DNA of 64,000 nucleotides, taken from NCBI GenBank assembly GCA_016928025.1, contig JAFGLN010000047.1, positions 32,335 to 96,334 on the forward strand. Direction: 5' to 3'. This DNA comes from Deltaproteobacteria bacterium (GTDB lineage: Bacteria; Desulfobacterota; Syntrophia; Syntrophales; JAFGHS01). Positions 1 to 7,648 of the stretch are shown piece by piece. Position 1 is the stretch's first letter. Each line of letters begins with the position of its first letter. The notes under the pieces are model-generated. The model made no database searches. It was not told the DNA's origin and worked only from the letters and a program-made list of their open reading frames with translations. Made by a program: the position numbers and the translations under genes.

Positions 1-1
1 G

Positions 2-538
2 GAAATAGCCGATCTATTTAAAAAAGCACCCGCTGCGAAAGGATTCCATCATGTATATATTGGAGGGCTTTTAGAGCATACCCTTTCCGTGACTCGTCTT
101 CTGGAACTGGCGGCCAGTCATTATCAAGGGGTAAACCGCGATCTCCTGATCACAGGAGGCATCCTCCACGACGTAGGTAAGATTCATGAGTTATCTTATG
201 ACAGCGTCTTTGACTACAGCGATGAAGGCAGGCTTATCGGCCATATCATCATCGGCCTGGAGATGCTCGATACCAAAATTGCCTCTTTGCCGGATTTTCC
301 TAAACAGACAGCCATGGAATTACGCCATTTGATGTTGAGCCATCACGGAGAACTGGAATTCGGCTCCCCTAAACGCCCCAAGACACTGGAAGCTTTAATC
401 GTCCATTACATCGATGATCTGGACGCCAAGGTCAATGCGTTGCAGGAATATATTAAAGACGCCCCGCCCAACGATTCGGACTGGACACCTTTCCACCGGC
501 TCCTCGAACGATTCATATACAAAGGCGTAAAGATCTGA
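2..538 (+). CDS. yhaM: 3'-5' exoribonuclease YhaM family HD-domain protein (5'-truncated by window edge)
   Basis: Frame is open from base 2: KKAPAAKGFHHVYIGGLLEHT...LHDVGK...SHHGELEFGSPKRP...IDDLDAK, typical YhaM/Cbf1 HD motifs. Confidence 0.85.
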   Translation, partial: EIADLFKKAPAAKGFHHVYIGGLLEHTLSVTRLLELAASHYQGVNRDLLITGGILHDVGKIHELSYDSVFDYSDEGRLIGHIIIGLEMLDTKIASLPDFPKQTAMELRHLMLSHHGELEFGSPKRPKTLEALIVHYIDDLDAKVNALQEYIKDAPPNDSDWTPFHRLLERFIYKGVKI

Positions 539-905
539 CGGCTGAATTCCAAGATACTCGATGGCATGGATTTGATATTCTTTGAAGCTCAGGCCTCAAG
601 TCATCGGATTGGAAGCACCTTAATTTTTTCAAGTTTTAAATAATTTTAGCATTTCAGTATTTTAAATTATCTGATATAAGATCGCTGCGCTTTTGTTGTC
701 AACATCCTTAACTCTATGGAAGAGGCAGGAAAACAGGACAAGGGTCAACGGAATTGTAAGTCATGGATTGTGAATTAGAGCAGATTTTGTCAGACCTCTA
801 TCGACATAAATAAGCACTTGGTTCTGCTGGCGGCATCCATACAATTTCCCTATAGTGTTTTCCAACTAACATCAGCGAAAACAAAAAAATTTTTTAGGAG
901 GCAAT

Positions 906-2114
906 ATGTCAGAAAGAGAAGTTGTTTTTGTAGACGGTATGAGGACACCCTTCGGCAGACTGGGCGGTACCTTGCGCGACATTTTTTGTGCAAAATTGGC
1001 AGGTATCGCGCTTAAAGGACTGCTGGATAAAACCAAGATCGCCGAAAAGGCGCATGTGGATTGCGTCTTTGGCGGATCGGCCGCCCACTGTTCCCACACC
1101 ATTAATCCGATGAGATGGGCGGCGTTGGACGCGGGATTGCCCTATTCGACGTCGGCATCGTACATCGAAATGCAGTGCGGCTCGGCCATCGATGCCATCA
1201 ACCACGCGGCCTGGAAAATTATGGGCAACAGCGCGGATATTATTATTGCCGGCGGTATGGAATCCTACAGCCAGATGCCCGCAAAATTTTCCATGTCCGT
1301 ACAGCCTTATAAACTGATCCCACCAACCCCCATTAACCGTATGCTGTCACCGGTTGAAGATGAAAACATCGGCATGGGTCTCACGGCGGAAAATCTCCAA
1401 GTCATGTATGATATTCCCCGGGAAGCGTCGGACGAATTCGCTTACACCAGCCAGATGAGAACAAAAATGGCCATGGATAATGATTATTTTAAGGATGAAA
1501 TTGTCCCCGTGACCATCAAAGGGTCCAGAAAGACCCCGGACATCATCTTTGACAAAGACGAGCATCCCCGGCCGGAGAGTAAACTGGAAGTCATGGCCAA
1601 ACTTCCGCCGGTCTTTAAAGAGGGCGGAACGGTCACGGCGGGAAACTCTTCCGGTCAGAATGACGGGGCTGGCTTCGTCTTGATGATGACCAAAGAGAAA
1701 GCCAAGGAACTGGGTTACACCCCCATGGCAAAATGGATCTCCGGCGCCGACTACGGCGTCGATCCGAAGATCATGGGCATCGCGCCGGCCTATGCCGTGC
1801 CTATTGCCATCAGACGCGCCGGGTTGAAACTGTCCGATTTCGATCATATGGAATGCAACGAGGCCTTTGCCGTCCAAAACCTGGCGGTTATCAAAGAAAT
1901 CGAAAGCCAGATGGGCGAAAAAGTGGACCGGGAAAAATGGAACCCCCTGGGGGGCGCTATTTCTTACGGACATCCCAATGGTGCTTCCGGCGCCCGGATC
2001 TGCATGTTTACCATGCGTCACCTGATCCGGACCGGGGGCCGCTACGGCTTCTTCAGCTCCTGCTGCGGCGGCGGACTGGGCGTGGCCGCGGTTATCGAAA
2101 ACCTGCAGAGATAA
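906..2114 (+). CDS. thiolase (acetyl-CoA C-acyltransferase)
   Basis: RTPFG, CGSA, TAGNSSGQND, NEAFA, GHPNGASG and CCGGGLG motifs; AGGAGG RBS. Confidence 0.95.
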   Translation: MSEREVVFVDGMRTPFGRLGGTLRDIFCAKLAGIALKGLLDKTKIAEKAHVDCVFGGSAAHCSHTINPMRWAALDAGLPYSTSASYIEMQCGSAIDAINHAAWKIMGNSADIIIAGGMESYSQMPAKFSMSVQPYKLIPPTPINRMLSPVEDENIGMGLTAENLQVMYDIPREASDEFAYTSQMRTKMAMDNDYFKDEIVPVTIKGSRKTPDIIFDKDEHPRPESKLEVMAKLPPVFKEGGTVTAGNSSGQNDGAGFVLMMTKEKAKELGYTPMAKWISGADYGVDPKIMGIAPAYAVPIAIRRAGLKLSDFDHMECNEAFAVQNLAVIKEIESQMGEKVDREKWNPLGGAISYGHPNGASGARICMFTMRHLIRTGGRYGFFSSCCGGGLGVAAVIENLQR

Positions 2115-2128
2115 TTTCGTCTCTCTTA

Positions 2129-2180
2129 AAAAAATCCGGAATTCAACAGCAAATTGTTTGGCTGAATTCCGGATTTTTTA
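2129..2180 (+). terminator. intrinsic terminator after thiolase
   Basis: AAAAAATCCGGAATTCA ... TGAATTCCGGATTTTTT perfect inverted repeat with T-tract. Confidence 0.8.
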
Positions 2181-2393
2181 TCTATCAGATTTTTTGCGTC
2201 TGGAAGATCGGTTTGCGTTTTTCGATAAAATCTAAAATCCATGAAACCTTCCCGTATGTCATCATAATCTGGAAATTCGCAAGCTATTCTATTTCCCACT
2301 TTATTTTCAAACCACTTCCATGTTATTTATATCCCGATGGAATTAGGGGCGGTATCCCGAATGGGAACCGCACTGGTTATTAAAAATTATTTT

Positions 2394-2466
2394 ATGCTTT
2401 GAGTCTATCAGACCGGAGACAGGGTAGCAATCGACGCCGTATCTTTATCTATGCACGGGCATAGTC
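2394..2466 (+). ncRNA. pan RNA motif-like cis-regulatory leader
   Basis: Two tandem hairpins (GCTTTGAGTCT-ATCAGACCGG-AGACAGGGT; CCGT...ATGCACGG) directly upstream of a terminator and panB; resembles the pan motif from memory, covariance model not run. Confidence 0.6.
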
Positions 2467-2497
2467 AAAGCCTATCCTGCTTCTGGATAGGCTTTTT
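2467..2497 (+). terminator. leader (attenuator-type) terminator upstream of panB
   Basis: AAAGCCTATCC-TGCTTCT-GGATAGGCTTTTT hairpin plus T-tract ~35 nt before the panB start. Confidence 0.8.
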
Positions 2498-2531
2498 GCG
2501 TTGAGTCTGACAAAGAAAGGAGACCGGCGAC

Positions 2532-3420
2532 ATGAAGAAAGATTTACAGTATTTCAATGGAAAAAAAGGCAAGAGGAGAAAAGACTGTTTCCCTGACCTG
2601 CTATGACTATCCGACAGCCGTCATCATGGAGGAGGCGGGCATCGATCTCATCCTGGTCGGGGACAGCGTGGGGGCCAACATGTTGGGATACGAAACGGAA
2701 CTTGAGGTCACCATGGATGACATGATTCATCACCTCAAAGCAGTCAAAAGGGGCATCAAGGATGCCTGTCTTGTGAGTGATATGCCCTACGCGTCTTACA
2801 AAGATGTGGAAACAGCCCTCATCAACGCGCGCAAGTTTGTCGATCACGGCGCCGATATGGTCAAACTGGAGGGATTTCATGAAAACATCATCGCTTCATT
2901 GACGGCAGACGGGATCGAGGTTATAGCGCATATCGGCTTAAATCCGCAGGCCAGCGCCGAACGCAGGGCCTTCGGAAAAAAGTTCGATGAAGCCGTTCTG
3001 CTGATCGATGGGGCAACACGGCTGGAAGCAGCGGGGGCCAAGATGATCGTTCTGGAAAAAATACCGCAGAAAATCACGGAAATCATCACGCGCGAACTTT
3101 CCATCCCCACCATCGGCATCGGATCGGGCCGATTCTGCGATCTCCAGATTCTGGTCATCTATGACATCATCGGGTTTGCACCGAAGAAGTTCAAGCACAT
3201 CAAGGTTTACGGCGACATCAGAAAGGCCCTCAAGCAGGCCGTCACCGCCTATAAGGAGGACTGCACCTCCGGCGGCTTCCCCGCCGATGAGCACGCGAAC
3301 ATTATTCCGCTGGAGGAATTCGAAAAAGTGACGTACTGGATGCAAAACGGCGTGAGCGTGTTAGGAAACACGCGACCCATTTCTGGCAACAATGGATTTG
3401 CAAAGAACATGGATAATTGA
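2532..3420 (+). CDS. panB: 3-methyl-2-oxobutanoate hydroxymethyltransferase (likely true start 2532, with a +1 frameshift near 2556-2567; intact ORF from 2557)
   Basis: LTCYDYP, LVGDS, DMPYASY, VKLEG, HIGLNPQ, TIGIGSG motifs; AAAGGAGA RBS precedes ATG 2532. Confidence 0.92.
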
Positions 3421-3476
3421 TATGTCACGTTTTCATGCAGAAATGAGCTGATTCAATAACAAAAGGAGGAACATCC

Positions 3477-4064
3477 ATGCACATCATCGCCTTCAACGGA
3501 AGTCCGCGCAAGAGCGGAAACACGTCAACCATCATCAAGGCCATGCTCAAAGGGGCCAAAGCGGCCGGTGCCGAAACAACGGAAGTGCGGCTGCACGACA
3601 TCGATATGAAAGGCTGTCTGGGCTGTTTGACCTGCCGCACCAGGGCGGGAAAATGCAAACAGAAGGACGCCCTGACACCTTTCATAGAGGCCCTCCGGAA
3701 CAGCGACGGGGCCATCTTCGGTACACCAATTTACATGTATCACGTTACGGGGCAGATGAAGATGTTCATCGACCGTATTTATCATTTGTTTATCAGCAAG
3801 CCTGATTCGCCGGGAACTTATGAAACGGCCCTATCACCCGGCAAAACGTACGCCATTGTAACCTCTCAGGGGCATCACGATATCGAGCGATTCCAGCGGC
3901 CTGTCCGCTGGCTGGCCGCCATGACCGGCGGCGGCCTCGGCATGAAGGAAGTGGGACGGATCGTCCAGGTCAACAGTCATCAGGTCCCCGTAAAAGAGGA
4001 CAAAGCCCTCCTCGGAGAGGCCTATCGCATCGGACAAAAGCTGGTCACGGAATCCAAAGCCTGA
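3477..4064 (+). CDS. flavodoxin-like iron-sulfur flavoprotein (NADPH-dependent FMN reductase family)
   Basis: GSPRKSGNT, CxxCxxC...C, GTPIY motifs; AGGAGG RBS. Confidence 0.85.
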   Translation: MHIIAFNGSPRKSGNTSTIIKAMLKGAKAAGAETTEVRLHDIDMKGCLGCLTCRTRAGKCKQKDALTPFIEALRNSDGAIFGTPIYMYHVTGQMKMFIDRIYHLFISKPDSPGTYETALSPGKTYAIVTSQGHHDIERFQRPVRWLAAMTGGGLGMKEVGRIVQVNSHQVPVKEDKALLGEAYRIGQKLVTESKA

Positions 4065-4153
4065 TATCGGGACGTCTTCCAGCGGCTGGCTGAGTTGACT
4101 CCCTGGCGGATCAGAAAAATTGTTTTTTAGCGACAGCTTATTTCAACTGAAAT

Positions 4154-4187
4154 AAAAAAAAGGAGGGATTGCCTGCAATCCCTCCTT
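4154..4187 (-). terminator. intrinsic terminator of the minus-strand thiolase
   Basis: AAGGAGGGATTGC-CT-GCAATCCCTCCTT hairpin, followed on the minus strand by a T-tract. Confidence 0.8.
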
Positions 4188-4232
4188 GATCCTTTGACCT
4201 GGATCCTTGTTTCCCGGACCCTGAACCTTGCG
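4184..4232. repeat. degenerate heptamer tandem repeat (CCTTGNN)x7
   Basis: ccttgat cctttga cctggat ccttgtt tcccgga ccctgaa ccttgcg. Confidence 0.7.
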
Positions 4233-5537
4233 TTAGTCCATTCGCTCCAGAATGGTCGTTGCACCCTGACCGGCACCGATGCACTGGGTCGCCAAACCGT
4301 AACGCTTACCACTCCGGCGGAGCTCATGGGCAACCGTCAAGACGATGCGGCAGCCGGTTGCTCCCAGGGGATGACCGATGCCCAAAGAGCCGCCGTTGAC
4401 ATTTGTCTTTTCCTCCGGAATACCTAATTCCTTCAGGGAGGCAATGACTTGGCAGGCAAAGGCTTCGTTAAATTCGACCCGGTCGATTTGATCAGCCTCA
4501 AGACCGGCATGTCTAAGGGCTTTTTTCGTCGACACGACGGGCCCCATCCCCATGATCTGCTGTTTAACGCCGCCGTTGCCCCAACCGACGATGCGTGCCA
4601 GAGGTTCCAATCCCAGTTTAGTGGCCATTTCTTCGCTCATGAGAAGCACCGCCGATGCCCCGGAATTGGTCGGACAGGAATTTCCTGCCGTGATCCGGAG
4701 GTCCTGTTCACTGTAACTGACGATTCCCCTGACAGGGGGCAATTTGGCCAGAATTTCCATACTGGTATTCGGCCGGACGCATTCGTCACGATCGAAAATC
4801 ATCTTGGGACCTACTGCATCTTCCACCCATTGTCGTTTTTCATCAAATACAGGCTCCTCGATTTCCACAGGAATAATCTCGTCTTTGTAAATACCGTTGT
4901 CGTGAGCGATACCCAGTTTCTTGTGACTTCTGACCGTAAAGGCGTCCAGCTCTTCGCGGGTCATATTGTACATTTCGACGACGTTCTGGGCCGTCTGAAC
5001 CATGGACGCATTACCGGGAGAATCGAGAACCCAGTCAGGAATGGGCGTGGAAAAGTACTCAAAATGATCATGGGCCAGATTGCGCTGGATTTCATTCTTT
5101 TCCAAAACCTTGGGATTGTAACCGCTGACTTTCGTTGCGGGTGCCGCAACCCGGCCGCCACCGATTTCTCTGGTCATGCGTTCAATGCCGAAGGCAATGC
5201 CGCAGTCATACTGACCAAGAATAATGGCCATGGCAATGCGAAGGAGGCATTCCATACTCGATGCACAATGGCGGTCCGTAAAGAAGTTTGATACTTCATA
5301 GGGCAAACCGACCATACGCGATATATTGTTCAAACCGGAAAGATCCATGGCTCGGGCACCATTTCCCATGCCGAATTCATCGATCATGGTGGGTTTGACC
5401 TTTGGGTTCCTTGCCAGTAGAGCTTTGACAATCTGCACGCCAATTTCATCCATACGGGTCGCTTCAAATTTTCCCACACCGCCGCGGGAGAACGCCGATC
5501 TACAACCATCAACAATCACAACATTTCTTACTTTCAT
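4233..5537 (-). CDS. thiolase (acetyl-CoA C-acyltransferase)
   Basis: RHCASS, TAGNSCP, NEAFA, GHPLGATG, CIGAGQG motifs. Confidence 0.95.
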   Translation of the reverse strand: MKVRNVVIVDGCRSAFSRGGVGKFEATRMDEIGVQIVKALLARNPKVKPTMIDEFGMGNGARAMDLSGLNNISRMVGLPYEVSNFFTDRHCASSMECLLRIAMAIILGQYDCGIAFGIERMTREIGGGRVAAPATKVSGYNPKVLEKNEIQRNLAHDHFEYFSTPIPDWVLDSPGNASMVQTAQNVVEMYNMTREELDAFTVRSHKKLGIAHDNGIYKDEIIPVEIEEPVFDEKRQWVEDAVGPKMIFDRDECVRPNTSMEILAKLPPVRGIVSYSEQDLRITAGNSCPTNSGASAVLLMSEEMATKLGLEPLARIVGWGNGGVKQQIMGMGPVVSTKKALRHAGLEADQIDRVEFNEAFACQVIASLKELGIPEEKTNVNGGSLGIGHPLGATGCRIVLTVAHELRRSGKRYGLATQCIGAGQGATTILERMD

Positions 5538-5620
5538 TCCATCACCTCTTGTTTTATTGATACTATCCCAAAGGGAGTTAAAGCATCCAACCGGAATCCG
5601 GCAATGAACACAGTGGAGAG

Positions 5621-5649
5621 TAAATAGGAGAACAAACTGTCACTGTCAA
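5621..5649 (-). promoter_or_regulatory. candidate sigma70 promoter for thiolase
   Basis: TTGACA-17 bp-TATTTA on the minus strand. Confidence 0.45.
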
Positions 5650-5941
5650 GAAAAAAGAAAGGGGGGCAAGGTTTCAAACGTAACGTCTTTTTTATATCAC
5701 AATTTATTTGACGTTAAAGCTGCCAATTTGATAGCGTAACCCTGTATTTTTATACAAAAATAAATTTTAAAACCTTTTACTTGAACAAGCGGCAATGGGC
5801 GAATCAACAAACACAACAGAAAACTTTACCGGTTATCTGTTAATTCTGACCCTTTGCCAATGATATTTATGCCTCACAGCATTATGATGTAATTATGGCC
5901 ATTAATAATCAATAATGAATCAATAAAAGGACTGAATATTT

Positions 5942-6850
5942 ATGAAAAGAAAGACTGTATTGCCCTTGACAACCGGTTTTATCTGTCTTTTTTTAACTAT
6001 TGTTATGATGAGCTGTTCATCGGGTACCGCCAAACTTGGTACAGAGAAAAACCCCATTATCATGTCCTTCGTTCCTTCCGGCGATACCCAGGAAATCGTA
6101 GTCGGCGGGGATGCGATCGCAAAAATGATCACTGCCATAACGGGCCTGATTGTCAAAGCAAACGTAGGGACCGATTTTGCCGCCGTTCGGGAAGCCATGG
6201 GTTCCGGTAAATCACACATCGGTTGGCTCAATACCTTTAATTACGTTCTGGCCCATGAAAAATACGGCATCGATGTGGGTCTGGTCGCTATCCGCTTCGG
6301 TCAGACGACTTACCGGGGGCAAATCGTTGTCGGAGCCAAATCGGGAATCAAGGTCCTGACCGATCTCAAGGGGAAAACCGTCTGCTGGGTCGATCCCAAT
6401 TCCACATCGGGCTATATCGTCCCCCGGATCACCCTGAAGGCAAACGGTGTCGATCCGGATAGGGATTTCAGGAAGACCATCGAAGCGGGTTCCCATAACA
6501 ATGTGATCATCGCCGTCTATAAGGGCAATTGTGACGCCGGAGCCACCTATGCCGACGCCAGAGGCACCATTGAGAAAGATTATCCTGACGTTAAAACCAA
6601 AGTCTCCGTACTGGCCATAACGCCGGACATTCCCAACGACAATGTTGCCTTTGCGAAAGATTTGCCCAAGGACCTGCGGGATAAAATCACGAAAGCCCTG
6701 CTGGAAATCGCAGCCAGCGACGAAGGAAAGGCCGCCATGAAGACGGCCTATCAAATCGCCGGCTTGGAACCTTGCGAAGATGCATTCTATGATGGTTTCC
6801 GCGTCCAGTTGGGCAAAGCGGGCATGAAGATCGAAGAGTTGGTCAAATAG
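5942..6850 (+). CDS. phnD: phosphate/phosphite/phosphonate ABC transporter substrate-binding lipoprotein
   Basis: Lipoprotein-like signal (MMSC), FVPSGD, DPNSTSGY, GSHNNVI, DIPND motifs. Confidence 0.88.
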   Translation: MKRKTVLPLTTGFICLFLTIVMMSCSSGTAKLGTEKNPIIMSFVPSGDTQEIVVGGDAIAKMITAITGLIVKANVGTDFAAVREAMGSGKSHIGWLNTFNYVLAHEKYGIDVGLVAIRFGQTTYRGQIVVGAKSGIKVLTDLKGKTVCWVDPNSTSGYIVPRITLKANGVDPDRDFRKTIEAGSHNNVIIAVYKGNCDAGATYADARGTIEKDYPDVKTKVSVLAITPDIPNDNVAFAKDLPKDLRDKITKALLEIAASDEGKAAMKTAYQIAGLEPCEDAFYDGFRVQLGKAGMKIEELVK

Positions 6851-6858
6851 GGAGGCCC

Positions 6859-7629
6859 ATGCTTACGGTTGAAAAGTTAACGAAAGTTTTTCCCGGCGGC
6901 ATCGTCGCGTTGAAAGATGTAAGTTTCGCCGTATCCAAAGGCGAATTCATGGCCGTGATCGGCCTGTCGGGTTCCGGCAAATCCACACTTCTTCGCTGTG
7001 TCAACCGCCTGATCACACCAACTTCCGGACGAATCATCTGGGACGACACGGATATCACAAAGGCCAGAGGCCCAGAACTCCGACGCATCCGCCGCCGTAT
7101 CGGCATGATTTTTCAGCAGTTTAATCTTGTCAAGCAGAGCAGTGTTTCGACCAATGTTCTTTCCGGGCGACTGGGTTATGTCAGCCCCTGGTCAAGCCTG
7201 CTCGGGTATTTTCCGTCTGAAGACCGCGTACGGGCCCGGCGCGCCCTGGAGCAGGTGGGAATACCGGAAAAAATACACGAGCGGGCCGACACATTGTCCG
7301 GCGGCCAGCAGCAGCGGGTTGCCATCGCCAGGGCTTTAATGCAGAAACCGCAGCTTATTCTCGCGGACGAACCCGTGGCGTCTCTGGACCCGGTCCTGGC
7401 CCATGCCATCCTCCAGTATCTCGAACAGCTCAACCGGGAGCAGGGGATCACGGTCTTGTGCAGCCTTCATTTCCTCGATCTGGTACACCGCTACGCGACC
7501 CAAGTCGTCGGCCTGAAGGCGGGTGAACTGGTTTTTCAGGGACGTCCGAAGGAACTGACCCGGGAACGTTTCCGGGAAGTTTACGGTGAAGAAGCCGAAA
7601 TGGCCACCCTCGGCAAACCCCTTGATTAA
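6859..7629 (+). CDS. phnC: phosphonate ABC transporter ATP-binding protein
   Basis: GLSGSGKST, LSGGQQQRVAIARAL, ADEPVASLDP. Confidence 0.93.
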   Translation: MLTVEKLTKVFPGGIVALKDVSFAVSKGEFMAVIGLSGSGKSTLLRCVNRLITPTSGRIIWDDTDITKARGPELRRIRRRIGMIFQQFNLVKQSSVSTNVLSGRLGYVSPWSSLLGYFPSEDRVRARRALEQVGIPEKIHERADTLSGGQQQRVAIARALMQKPQLILADEPVASLDPVLAHAILQYLEQLNREQGITVLCSLHFLDLVHRYATQVVGLKAGELVFQGRPKELTRERFREVYGEEAEMATLGKPLD

Positions 7630-7648
7630 AACCTCCGGGTCAATCGAC

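Noticed and set aside
5630-5660. CTGTCA-CTGTCA as a Pho box for phnDCE
   Set aside because: Period is 6 bp rather than 11 bp, and it coincides with the -35 of the divergent thiolase promoter
7586-7648. Extended N-termini in the ORF track (also 10238, 11284, 16212, 18546, 31904, 35058, 36539, 47140, 50199, 55230)
   Set aside because: Downstream ATGs have better RBS or signal-peptide context and avoid overlaps, so starts were revised
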